Below are positions 23,101 through 32,424 of a stretch of 64,000 nt of DNA, in pieces. The translations under genes and the position numbers were made by a program. Position 1 is the stretch's first letter, and each line of letters begins with the position of its first letter. A model generated the notes under the pieces. It did not search any database. It was not told where the DNA came from and saw nothing but the letters and a program-made list of their open reading frames with translations. Source of the DNA: an uncultured virus (IMG/VR IMGVR_UViG_3300028895_001288). Taxonomy: Duplodnaviria; Heunggongvirae; Uroviricota; Caudoviricetes. The stretch lies in the IMG/VR virus record IMGVR_UViG_3300028895_001288; one strand, 5' to 3'.

Positions 23101-25075
23101 CCTTCCTGGCGTATGACCTGGACATTCTGGACTTGGAGGAGGGCTGTGAAACAAACCGAGCTGACGCGCGGCTTGAACACGCTGCACAGCGACAAGACGT
23201 ATAGGCAGACCTCAACTTGGGAATTGAGGCCGGAAGGTACGGCTAAGCGCGCGACGCGGATTCTGCGTGTGCGGGATTACTTCATCCACAACTACACGCA
23301 CCGTTCGCGGGTTTTCATGCGGGACGTCAAGGCCCGCTCGTTCAAGCGCCGTTGCGTCAACTGCGGCGCCATACTGTACGTCTTCGTCTACAGGGCGTTC
23401 CCGTACATGGTGGGTTGCTATCACGGCAATGCGAAGGAGTTCGACAAGATCCCGGGCATCAAGTATGGGCGCTTGTATCGTCTCTTTTGGGAGCAGGTGG
23501 GTCGCTGGCTTGAGGACGACAAGTTCTTCGATCTGTTGCTGCTGGCGGGTACCGATCCGGTGGACCTGGAAGACGATGGCGCTGAAACCACCGACGTCGT
23601 GTGACGTCTTCACGATGCGCGTGCGGGATAGTTTCATGGCACGTCGCATGGATGGTCGCGTGTTCCGCACACGGCGCTGTCGGCGCTGCAAAGAGGCAGT
23701 GGGCTTCTTCGTGTACCCGGCCGAGCCCTTTGAGGTCGTGGCACCGCAGCTTCACTTTCGTCCTTGCCAGTGCGGAGGGGCGAAGCAGAACTGGCCTGTG
23801 TTATGGGAGGCGCTGTCCGCGTGGGCATCGAAGAACCCGAAGGCGTGGGACTTGTTTCTGGCGTTCGACATGGACATGCTGGATCTGGCGGATGCCGACG
23901 TCAAAGGCTGACATCACGCGCGAGCTGCGCAGGCTGATGCGGGACGCATCGAGGTATGGACGCTACTACATGGAGCACCACCTCTCGGAGAACGAGACCT
24001 TTCTCAAGGTGGCGCAGTACTTCTACAGCCACTTCGAGTTCAGCAGTTTGCATCGCAAGGTGATCCTGAGGGACGTGAAGCGCAGGTCCTACCGGACCGA
24101 CCGCTGCGAGATCTGCGGTGAGCCGGCCTACTGGTTCATCTACGGCGGGGTGCTGTTCGCGTTCCGGTGCTACCACGGCGACCGCAAGCGCCACCCGTCC
24201 AAAGGGGGCGGGCACGTGTACAAGGAGCGGTGGCGGTGTATTTGGCGTTATCTGGAGGACGACAGGGTGCGGGACATGCTGTTGTCGTTCGGGATCGACC
24301 AGGCGGAGTTGGAAGATGGCGCTGACTAACGAACCCTCGACGTGGGAGCTTGGCGAGGCAGACTGGTGGTTCGACAAGCGGGATCTGGAGAACGACCCGC
24401 TCCTGCGGTATTTCGTCGAACACTACGACATATGGCACCCGGCGATGCCGCCCGCGGACCTGGTCGGGCGGTCGTACCGCATTCTCATCTGTACCCGGTG
24501 CGGCGAAGTTCATCGCTGGTTCGTCTTCCAGGAGAGGACGCTTTGGCGGTACGGGTGCAAGTGCAGCTCGCCGAATCAGGCGTTTCGGGCGTTTCGGGAG
24601 CGCCTGACGACGCTGAGGAACTACTTCGAGGCGAACCCGCGGCTGACGGACCTGCTGCTGGGTTTCGGGATCGATGCCGTGGAGGCGAACGGAGGGGAAC
24701 GCGAGGATGTTCTCGGATCAGCAGATAGCAGGCAGCTCCTTCATTAGGACCTACAAGGACAACCCCATCTTCCGACACTTCATGAAGCACTACATCTACG
24801 GCGGCAGAATCAGCCCGAAGAGGTCGTATCGGCTGGCGCGTTGTCCGGGGTGCAAATGTTGCAGGGGTTGGGTGGTCAACGTTCACGGGCACGCCTTCTA
24901 CTACGCGTGCAGATGCTGGAACATAAAGAACGAACTCGTGAACGAGTCCTGGGATTACATATTCAGGATCTTCGACCACAACCCGCCGCTCAAGGACTTT
25001 CTGTTGGCGTTCGGGATGGACGCCGTGGCCGTGGAGGAGATGCATGAAACTTCGGACACCGAGGTAAAGGGATAA
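20114..25075 (+). repeat. Paralogue array A: 13 tandem zinc-finger genes with conserved C-terminal L-x-F-D-M-D-x-x-(D/E)-L-E-E motif
   Basis: Members 20114-20473, 20677-21066, 21059-21490, 21399-21851, 21848-22195, ~22191-22505, 22502-22849, 22827-23204, 23146-23604, 23576-23911, 23892-24329, 24316-24747, 24707-25075; core HF..H...YR..RCxxC...(G)Y/F...CxC/CxH...W. Confidence 0.9.
20466..20684 (+). CDS. Small hypothetical protein interrupting array A
   Basis: Coupled ORF lacking the array motif. Confidence 0.55.
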   Translation: MNDDVCWLVTVLHDGRLLKCAVKFKRDSVPGDMVRYPTEWRTEVGERLLPEHVRSAGPIVAVEEIFEVHVRG

Positions 25076-25416
25076 TGGGCAAGCACCGCTACAACCGACC
25101 CACGCGCCTCCCCGTACTGACCGGGGACGCGTTCTTGCGCAGGCGGCTCTCCATCGAGCCGCACTGCCATTGGTGCAGGAGGAAGGTCTTCAACCCGCGC
25201 AACAAGGCGCAGGTGGATGCGGCCCTCGTGGCCGCGGTGGACTACAAGGACCCCCGGGGCGACTCCGACGACGAGCGCAACTGCGTGCTCGTCTGTACGG
25301 AGTGTAAGGAGGCCCGGTCCAAGCTGGACCAGTCTGCCTTCGGGAAACGTATCCAGAGTCTGCGAGCAAACCATGCCGAAAAAGAAGAAGAAGGCAGCAG
25401 CAGCGCAGGAGAGTAA
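25075..25416 (+). CDS. HNH-endonuclease-like protein, probably degenerate
   Basis: CHWC...AVDYKDP.G...N.VLVCTEC; usual DH and terminal N/H residues altered. Confidence 0.6.
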   Translation: MGKHRYNRPTRLPVLTGDAFLRRRLSIEPHCHWCRRKVFNPRNKAQVDAALVAAVDYKDPRGDSDDERNCVLVCTECKEARSKLDQSAFGKRIQSLRANHAEKEEEGSSSAGE

Positions 25417-25699
25417 GAACCCCAACGAGAACTGTCTCGAAGGCAGACGCTGTCCGAAGTGCGGCAGCTACGGCCCGTTCACGGTGCTCACCCAGCAGTG
25501 GGTGACGCTCACCGACGACGGGACCGACGATCCCCCCAAGGATCATGGCGACGTTGAATACGACGAGGACGCGCCCGCCAGCTGTCAGGGCTGGCCGGCC
25601 GCGAGCGAGGACGAGCCCGTCCAGTTCGCGGAGGAGTGCGACTTCGAGGGAAAGTGGGGCGATTTTCGCGACAAGGAGGTCAGTGATGCCTCCACGTGA
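25373..25699 (+). CDS. Hypothetical zinc-ribbon protein
   Basis: NENCLEGRRCPKCG motif. Confidence 0.6.
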   Translation: MPKKKKKAAAAQESKNPNENCLEGRRCPKCGSYGPFTVLTQQWVTLTDDGTDDPPKDHGDVEYDEDAPASCQGWPAASEDEPVQFAEECDFEGKWGDFRDKEVSDAST

Positions 25700-26486
25700 G
25701 AACCCGTGCTACCTGAAGCTCTACGGGGGCAACCCGCACCCCGACAAGACGGATGAGAACCACACGGTCCTGCTGGGCCCGATCACCGACCTGTCGGCCA
25801 ACAGCCACAGCGTTGAAGTCCGCATGGGTAACAACGGCCTGTGCGAGATCTGGTACGACCGCGGCAGGCTGTTCTACGACCGGCACTGGTACCTCGGGTT
25901 CGAGGTCATCAGCGAGCTGGCGGCGGCCAGGAGCACGCTGAGCGTGCAGCCACTGTCGCAGGAGATGGCGGCGCCGCCGAACGACCGCACCAAGCACCCG
26001 AATGACACGCACGCCGACAAGCGGCTGATCATGATGGTGGGGCTGCCGTGTTCGGGTAAGAGCACGATAGCGAGCAACCTGTCCAAGCACTTCTTCGCCC
26101 CGATCGTGTGCCCGGACATCGTGCGCTGGTGCATGCACGGGGAGCGAAGCAACAAGCGCATGGAGCCGATGGTATGGTCATGTGTGCATACCATGGTGGA
26201 GTCCCTGTTCAGGGTGGGGCACAACTATGTCATTCTGGACGCCGTCAACACGATGCGTTGGCACCGTGACCAGTGGAAGGACGATCGCTGGAAGCGCGTC
26301 TACATGGTGATGCCGGTCAGCGCCGAGAGGTGCATGCGGCGAGCCAAGACGTGTAACGACATCGTGATACAGCCCGTGATCGAGCGTATGGCGGCCACCA
26401 TGGAGGCGTTGGAGGAAGACGAGAAGGACGATCCCGAGTTCCAGAGGACGCTGGACTCTTTTCTGGAGGCGGCCGAAAGGCTGTAG
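25686..26486 (+). CDS. P-loop kinase (polynucleotide-kinase/AAA_33-like) with unknown N-terminal domain
   Basis: MMVGLPCSGKST Walker A, CPDIVR, VILDAVN...R. Confidence 0.85.
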   Translation: MPPRENPCYLKLYGGNPHPDKTDENHTVLLGPITDLSANSHSVEVRMGNNGLCEIWYDRGRLFYDRHWYLGFEVISELAAARSTLSVQPLSQEMAAPPNDRTKHPNDTHADKRLIMMVGLPCSGKSTIASNLSKHFFAPIVCPDIVRWCMHGERSNKRMEPMVWSCVHTMVESLFRVGHNYVILDAVNTMRWHRDQWKDDRWKRVYMVMPVSAERCMRRAKTCNDIVIQPVIERMAATMEALEEDEKDDPEFQRTLDSFLEAAERL

Positions 26487-26517
26487 TGGGCCGGTCAGGC
26501 GTCAAGCATGAAAACAT

Positions 26518-26979
26518 GTGCAAGGTCTTTACGGAAAACTTTTCCCACGGTACTCTTCGGCGGGGGATGGGGAGGTGTGCTTGGATTTGGCCACCTTTGC
26601 TTCCGCACTGCTGTTGGCACTTGGAGAGTTGGGCGCCATCCGCATTGACGGGTCCAGGGCTCTCGAACGCGGTTTGAATGCCGCTTTTCGTGAGGCTCGC
26701 CGTCGTCGCCTCAGGATCAGAATTTCCTCCCTTTCACAGATGAATGCCGCCGTGGTTGCCGACCTCTGGGAACGCAACAAGTTGGCGGAGTGGTGTAAGG
26801 TCAGCTACTGCTGGCGCTTGTGCAACATACGCCCGGAAAGCCGGCTGCGCGACATTCAGTTCTGTCATCTCATCAGGGACTCCGAGATCAGGGAAGACGT
26901 GAGAGCCACTGCAGTTGCGTTCCTGACCGAGGTCTACGCTCCGCAAGCGTCGGTGCTGGTAGGCAGTTTTCAGGATTGA
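26518..26979 (+). CDS. Hypothetical protein (start uncertain)
   Basis: Only long ORF in the gap; atypical codon usage. Confidence 0.45.
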   Translation: MQGLYGKLFPRYSSAGDGEVCLDLATFASALLLALGELGAIRIDGSRALERGLNAAFREARRRRLRIRISSLSQMNAAVVADLWERNKLAEWCKVSYCWRLCNIRPESRLRDIQFCHLIRDSEIREDVRATAVAFLTEVYAPQASVLVGSFQD

Positions 26980-27111
26980 GTTCCCTTGTGTCTGATGTTA
27001 ATATTAAAGTGTTCAATGTGCAGTAGAACAACTTTTGCGTCAGGCAGTGGGGGGAGCGCGTTCGGGGAGACCTCAACCCCTCCGAGGTCTCTCCGGCGCG
27101 CGCCATACTAC

Positions 27112-27140
27112 CTAAAAAACACGCCTACCTGCGGTACCAT
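27112..27140 (+). promoter_or_regulatory. Candidate promoter CTAAAA-N17-TACCAT
   Basis: Same spacing and motif as 56637-56665; upstream of a gene with a strong RBS. Confidence 0.35.
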
Positions 27141-27189
27141 TTCCTAAGCTCGAGCCTGAAGCTCATAGCTCTCGCGAAAGGAGAGATCG

Positions 27190-27366
27190 ATGCCGCAAGA
27201 CACAAGCGACAAGAAGTCATTGGGTTACCGCATCGACGAGACGATCCACCGTTTCGTCATGTGGGCCACAAAGGACGATACGGTCCTGTTCGTGGTTTGG
27301 TCCGCGTTCGCGGCCGTCTGTGTCGTTCACAGAGCCTGTTACGGCTTTTGGCCGTGGCAATCCTGA
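27190..27366 (+). CDS. 58-aa small membrane protein, not in the ORF track
   Basis: RBS AAAGGAG; MPQDTSDKK...VLFVVWSAFAAVCVV...GFWPWQS. Confidence 0.65.
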   Translation: MPQDTSDKKSLGYRIDETIHRFVMWATKDDTVLFVVWSAFAAVCVVHRACYGFWPWQS

Positions 27367-27372
27367 CCTGTG

Positions 27373-27453
27373 CGGCGCCCCTGTGCGGGGCGCCGGTCGG
27401 AGGTAACACTCCGGTGCCCTGAGAAGGGCGCCGGGCATCACGCTTTTTCCTTT
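27373..27453. terminator. Twin GC-rich hairpins between convergent genes
   Basis: CGGCGCCCC/GGGGCGCCG and CCGGTGCCCT-GAGA-AGGGCGCCGG, followed by a T-rich tract. Confidence 0.55.
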
Positions 27454-27454
27454 G

Positions 27455-28801
27455 CTATTCGGTAAGTTCGCGCAGGGTGGCCAGGCCGCCGTAGCCCAGG
27501 CCGCCTGCCAGGCTCGAGCGTAGCGCGGCCAGTGGTATGGTGGTCTGCCCTTGGAGGTCGGAGACCATGCGGTGGCTGCGTACGGCCGAGATCGGGTCGA
27601 AGAGGCCGCCCAGCTGCGGGGACTGGTGGACCAGCCCGGAGAAGCCTTCGGGGTTGGTCTCAATGATGCGGGCCTTGCCCTTCGGCGTGATGGCCACGTC
27701 GAAGCTGAAGGCACGGTTCTTGACGTATTTCGGCTTGATGCCCTTGGCTTTGCCGAGGGCCTTCTCGACGGCGCGCTCCGCGGTGCGGAAGTAGCCGGGC
27801 CGCTGGCCGGCCAGGACGCTGAGCTCCGACAGGCCGCCGAAACGGTGAGCGGTGGAGCCCGGCAGGACCTTGTTGCCGATGGCGTGCACGCGCAGTTCCA
27901 GGTTGGCGGGCTGCCCCGTGGTGGCCATGATCGCCGCCTCGTCGACGGGGCCGAGCTTGCCGATGGGGAAGCGCTTCTGAATCATCAGGCCCCTGCGGCC
28001 TTTGCGCTTCATCATCTCTTTCATCATTTCGCGGGCGTGCAGGCCCGGGATGCGCTGCCGCAGGATCACCTGCTCGTCTTCGGGCAGCTTCAAGAGCCTT
28101 TTGTAGGTGATGTTCTCGGGGCGGCCAAGGAACTTGTCCATGATGGTGCGTTGCACCTTCAGGCGGCTTTTCGGGTTGAGGGCCAGCGCCCCGGCCAGGA
28201 TCTCCCGCAGGTCGTCCTTCTCGGTGATCAGCGTGCCGGCCGTTTGCGACTCGTCGGTGCCCTTCATGATCCACTTCTTGCCGAGCTTCTTGTCCAGGTG
28301 CTTCTGCAGTTCGGTGGCCCGGCGCATGGGGTCCTTGATCTTGAAGATGCGCCTGGGGAGTTCGTCGCCCAGGATGGTTTTGGGATACAGGTCCGGTACG
28401 GCCTTGCCGAAGATCTTGGACTCCATCCGCTTGGACTCGATGCCCGGGATCTCCTTACCGAAGCCGATGTTGCCTCCGCGCACCCGGCTCTTGGTGAACT
28501 GGGTCTCCGAGATCGGCGAGAAGAAGACTTCCTTGAGTTGCTTGGACTTGGCGGACGTGGGCATGCCGCGCGCCCTGGAGCCGTACTGTAGGTAGTTGAG
28601 CAGGTCCGAGTCGTAGGCTTCCCCCTTGGGCACTTCGCGGGCCAGGCCCTTTTCCCTGATCTTACGAGCCAGGCGGTTGCCCATTGAACCGGCGCGTATG
28701 CGGCGTGCCAGCAGGAAGGTGATGATGGCCGGCAGACCGATGGCGCCCGCGGTCATCCACGGGCTTTCGATCAGTTCATCGTTCTCTCGAGGTTTAGCCA
28801 T
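27455..28801 (-). CDS. ATP-grasp (RimK-like) amide ligase with N-terminal hydrophobic anchor
   Basis: YPKT, KWIMKG, MIQKRF, ELRVHAIGNKV, FSFDVAITPKGKARIIETNP; the only convincing minus-strand gene. Confidence 0.75.
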   Translation of the reverse strand: MAKPRENDELIESPWMTAGAIGLPAIITFLLARRIRAGSMGNRLARKIREKGLAREVPKGEAYDSDLLNYLQYGSRARGMPTSAKSKQLKEVFFSPISETQFTKSRVRGGNIGFGKEIPGIESKRMESKIFGKAVPDLYPKTILGDELPRRIFKIKDPMRRATELQKHLDKKLGKKWIMKGTDESQTAGTLITEKDDLREILAGALALNPKSRLKVQRTIMDKFLGRPENITYKRLLKLPEDEQVILRQRIPGLHAREMMKEMMKRKGRRGLMIQKRFPIGKLGPVDEAAIMATTGQPANLELRVHAIGNKVLPGSTAHRFGGLSELSVLAGQRPGYFRTAERAVEKALGKAKGIKPKYVKNRAFSFDVAITPKGKARIIETNPEGFSGLVHQSPQLGGLFDPISAVRSHRMVSDLQGQTTIPLAALRSSLAGGLGYGGLATLRELTE

Positions 28802-29345
28802 GGAAGATGTTAAAGTCCTCAACAAGCGCGTGCGCGCGCAGTTACGCAGGCTCGGAGTGAAGCTGCCGCGCGGTGAACCCGACGTTTCACGGGTCGCCCG
28901 CAAGTGGCACCCCCTCGACTATATTTGTTCCTGGTACGAGGGTCAAGACGGAGAGCACGCCATTAACGTCAAGGCGTTGGGCGGGATGTGGCTGATGCGC
29001 CACGAATACGGGCACTACCTGGTGGAGAAATACGACCTGGCGAAGCAGAAGTCCTACAAGAACACCTTCAAGAACGGGCCGCTCTACGCGGAAGGTTTGG
29101 GCTACGATGTCGGCGTGGTCTTCCTGCGAGCGACGGACGTTGTGCTGCGCAAGGGCGCCAAGATCAGCCCGCCGAAGGGCCACCCGACATTCTATGCGTT
29201 GCTTGGCGGCGAAGAGTGTTTCTGCGAGTGCGTGGCGCTGCTGCTATCCAACCGCTGCGATTACCGCAAGGCTGCCGACGGTGACATGTGGCTGGAGAAC
29301 CGCCTGATCATCACGAGGCTGCTTCTTGAACAGCACTGTCGCTAA
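28800..29345 (+). CDS. Zincin-like metallopeptidase (HExxH)
   Basis: MRHEYGH...YA...EECFCE; RBS GAGGT. Confidence 0.75.
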   Translation: MEDVKVLNKRVRAQLRRLGVKLPRGEPDVSRVARKWHPLDYICSWYEGQDGEHAINVKALGGMWLMRHEYGHYLVEKYDLAKQKSYKNTFKNGPLYAEGLGYDVGVVFLRATDVVLRKGAKISPPKGHPTFYALLGGEECFCECVALLLSNRCDYRKAADGDMWLENRLIITRLLLEQHCR

Positions 29346-29401
29346 GTTGTGGATAGAATCGAGAAAGATGATATAAAGCGTGAACTACGAGGAGGGGTGC
29401 A

Positions 29402-30106
29402 ATGCAGGTTGATCTCGACGCAGCCGAAGACTTCAAACACCCAGACCGACTCCAGGCGTTCGTCAAGGGCATCCGCAGGACCGCGCTCTCCTTCAAGGCG
29501 TTCAAGGCCAAGATCGAGCCGCTGCTGTTCGAGGACGAGGATCTCATGTCCGATCACGAGTCGGACCTCCTCCCCGAGTACTACTACTGCAAGTACCTGA
29601 TCGCCCACGTGCTGCATCCAAAGAAGATCGTGGAGATCGGCATCCGTGCGGGGCTCTCGGCCTGGACGTTCACGCTGGCCAGCGGGGCGATACAGTACAC
29701 GGGCTACGATACCTACGCGGAGACGGCCGAGTGCCGTCCGCTGGCGGAGCGGCGCCTGTTGGCCTACAAGCGTTTCGACATCATCGTGGCCGACTCGCAG
29801 CGGCTGGTTAAGGTGCCCAAGGCCGACCTCTACCACGTGGACGGCCTGCACACGCGTGCCGGCACCTATGGCGACCTGTGCCTGTGCTACGACCACGCGC
29901 CGGACGGGGCGGCGATCCTGGTGGACGATGTGATGTGCGGCCCCCACGTGATCGCCGGCGTGTACGACTTCGTACGGGACCGGGGGTGTTACCCGATCTT
30001 CTTCAAGGATCTGAGGGGGGAGGCGCTCTTCTTCAAGCACGCGCCCCACCCCTCCAGGATGTTCATGCTGCAGAGCACGTTTCCGCAGCAGTACATAGGA
30101 GTATAG
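29402..30106 (+). CDS. Class I SAM methyltransferase (Methyltransf_24-like)
   Basis: IVEIGIRAGLS, YTGYD, YHVDGLH, ILVDD. Confidence 0.85.
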   Translation: MQVDLDAAEDFKHPDRLQAFVKGIRRTALSFKAFKAKIEPLLFEDEDLMSDHESDLLPEYYYCKYLIAHVLHPKKIVEIGIRAGLSAWTFTLASGAIQYTGYDTYAETAECRPLAERRLLAYKRFDIIVADSQRLVKVPKADLYHVDGLHTRAGTYGDLCLCYDHAPDGAAILVDDVMCGPHVIAGVYDFVRDRGCYPIFFKDLRGEALFFKHAPHPSRMFMLQSTFPQQYIGV

Positions 30107-30108
30107 CG

Positions 30109-30987
30109 ATGCTCAAGTTCCATGTGCCCGCAGGCATCGGCGACATTTCCTGGTGCTACTCGAAGGTGGAGGAACTGTCCAAGCAGCGGCAGGTCGGCTT
30201 CATCGTGTGCGGGGACCAGCCGCGGCGCAGCCATCCCTACGTGAACATCCTGCCGCGGATCGTCAACCTGGGGTACAGCAAGCTTTCCTACGTGCCGCAC
30301 ATCGAGCCCAACCTGCTGCCGCCGAAGGACACCAATCTGGCCGAACTGAAGAACGGGACGTACTACCTGGGCCTGAACCCCTGGCTGGAGGCCGGGCATC
30401 CGCTGCACGAAGCCTTTCCGATGCAGGCAACGAATTATCACTACGAGCTCCACCTCCCGCATCCCGACACGCTGCCGGCGGCGCGCATGCTGCGCAGCCT
30501 GCCCCAGAAGAAGATCGGGTTCTACTGCAGCTCCAACCGACACCGCCCGGACCTGGGCATGTGGACGGTGCAGCAGTGGGTGGCGTTCCTGGAGATGGTC
30601 AAGGCTTTCCACGAGAACTCGGTCTTCGTGGCCATCGGCGCCCCGTACGACGACAAGACGGCGCAGGTGGCCGACGAGCTGGCCAAGAGGCACAGCGTCT
30701 ACCGGTACCTCAACCAGCCGCCCTGTCAGAGCTTCCGCCTCATGGAAACGCTCAGCTACTTCTTTGCCTTTCCAAGCGGGCTGGGGATAATGGCGGACGT
30801 CCTGCGGGTTCCCTGCATGATGTGGTACTGGGCCAACCTGGCCGAGTGGGGGCACATGGGTGGCCTGTTCACCTCGTACGCCGACCCCGAGACATTGGCC
30901 AGCGGGCAGCATATCGTGGCGCCTTACGCGTCCGTGGATGAGTCGTTCAAGTTGTTCGCGGAGAAGGGAGCAAGGCATTTCAGATGA
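30109..30987 (+). CDS. GT-B glycosyltransferase, GT9/heptosyltransferase-like
   Basis: PAGIGDISW; W..QQW; FVAIG; FPSGLGIMADVLRVP. Confidence 0.65.
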   Translation: MLKFHVPAGIGDISWCYSKVEELSKQRQVGFIVCGDQPRRSHPYVNILPRIVNLGYSKLSYVPHIEPNLLPPKDTNLAELKNGTYYLGLNPWLEAGHPLHEAFPMQATNYHYELHLPHPDTLPAARMLRSLPQKKIGFYCSSNRHRPDLGMWTVQQWVAFLEMVKAFHENSVFVAIGAPYDDKTAQVADELAKRHSVYRYLNQPPCQSFRLMETLSYFFAFPSGLGIMADVLRVPCMMWYWANLAEWGHMGGLFTSYADPETLASGQHIVAPYASVDESFKLFAEKGARHFR

Positions 30988-31802
30988 AGACGCTGGTTGC
31001 CGGTCCTTGGGTGGGGGAGTTCGGCTGGGAGTTGATCTCCTGGCAGGCCTGGGTGCGCATACGCTCGCAGGGGTACAAGCAGGTTGTGGTCAGCGCGCCG
31101 GCAGGACACGAGGCCCTCTACGATACGGCTACCGTGTTCGTGCCCCACACCATGTCCGGCAAGAAGGATTGCTGGCGTCTGCTGACCCCGAACCCTTCCG
31201 AGCAGGCACGCGTCGAACAGGAACTCTCCAAGTACAGGGGCGACCGCATGCGTCCCGGCGGCTACGTCAAGCCCGAGCACCAGCAGTTCGTGAAGCTGGG
31301 CGACAAGAAGCGCGTGAACGCCGAGGACCGCTATGACGTGCTGATCCACATTCGCGGCCCGGTGGGCAAGCGCTCCTACCACGCCTGGAACCCGCATGAC
31401 GCAGCCGCCGTGGTCAAGGGCCTGGCCGGCATGCGCGTCGGCTGCATCGGCACCGAGGCGCCCGCCGTGGACGGGGCCGACGACCTCCGCAACCTGCCGC
31501 TCAACCGACTCTGTGATCTCATCGCCGCGGCACAACTGGTGATCTCGCCGGCCAGCGGGCCGGCTCTTCTTTCTGGACTGTGCGGCACGCCGTACCTGTG
31601 CTGGACCGATGGCGGCTACCGCAGTGCCGTCAGGGAGAACGACGACAAACGCACGCGCGGGTCCTGGAACCCGCTGGGCACCCCCTGCAAGGTGCTGATC
31701 AGGAAGGACTGGAAGCCCGACCCCAACCTGCTGGTCAAGCACGCGGAGGAGATGCTGATACGTAAGAGGAGAGAAAGTGATGCCGCAATGCCCCGTCTGT
31801 GA
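30984..31802 (+). CDS. GT9-like glycosyltransferase
   Basis: GPWVGEFGWEL; DLRNLPL..LCDLIAAAQLVISPASGPALLSGLCGTP. Confidence 0.7.
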   Translation: MKTLVAGPWVGEFGWELISWQAWVRIRSQGYKQVVVSAPAGHEALYDTATVFVPHTMSGKKDCWRLLTPNPSEQARVEQELSKYRGDRMRPGGYVKPEHQQFVKLGDKKRVNAEDRYDVLIHIRGPVGKRSYHAWNPHDAAAVVKGLAGMRVGCIGTEAPAVDGADDLRNLPLNRLCDLIAAAQLVISPASGPALLSGLCGTPYLCWTDGGYRSAVRENDDKRTRGSWNPLGTPCKVLIRKDWKPDPNLLVKHAEEMLIRKRRESDAAMPRL

Positions 31803-32424
31803 CGACACCGCCGGCGACTGCGGGAGCGAGCTGTTCCGCTGCCCCGCATGCGACCACATCTTCCAGTACCCCGCCGAGGTGGAGTGCATCTACGACAAGG
31901 AGTACGTGGCCACCCGCTACGACGTCTACGAGACGACGCCGCTGATGAACCACCTGCGGCTGGGTTTCGTGAAGGGCTTCGTGAGTGGGGGCAGGCTCCT
32001 GGACGTGGGCTACGGTAACGGGTCTTTCCTGAAGCTGGCAGGCAAGAACGGCTTCGACATCTACGGCAAGGACGTGCACGGGGCCGACTACGGCATCCGT
32101 GAGGTGGAGCTGTCCGACTTCGCGTGGGAGCTGGTGACGTTCTTCGACTCGCTCGAGCACTTCCCCGATCTCACCCCGGCGCGCGAGATGCGTGCCAGGT
32201 ACGTGATCGTGTCCATACCCTACAGACCCGATACGTTCCCGGCCGACCTGGGCTGGAAGCACTACCGACCCGGGGAACACCTCCACTACTTCACGGTGGA
32301 GTCGCTGGCGGCCTTCTTTAGCCACATGGAGCTGATCAGGATATCGACGCTGGAGGACGCTGTGAGAGGCATGCGGGAAGGTTTGCCCAACATCGTCACC
32401 TGCGTCTTCAAACTAAAAGAATGA
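31777..32424 (+). CDS. Class I SAM methyltransferase with N-terminal zinc ribbon
   Basis: CPVC..CPAC; LLDVGYGNGSFL; FFDSLEH; EHLHYFTVESL. Confidence 0.85.
   Translation: MMPQCPVCDDTAGDCGSELFRCPACDHIFQYPAEVECIYDKEYVATRYDVYETTPLMNHLRLGFVKGFVSGGRLLDVGYGNGSFLKLAGKNGFDIYGKDVHGADYGIREVELSDFAWELVTFFDSLEHFPDLTPAREMRARYVIVSIPYRPDTFPADLGWKHYRPGEHLHYFTVESLAAFFSHMELIRISTLEDAVRGMREGLPNIVTCVFKLKE

Noticed and set aside
26977..27005. TTGAGT-N17-TAATAT promoter-like sequence
   Set aside because: Weak match in an AT-rich patch, immediately followed by a strong hairpin; insufficient support
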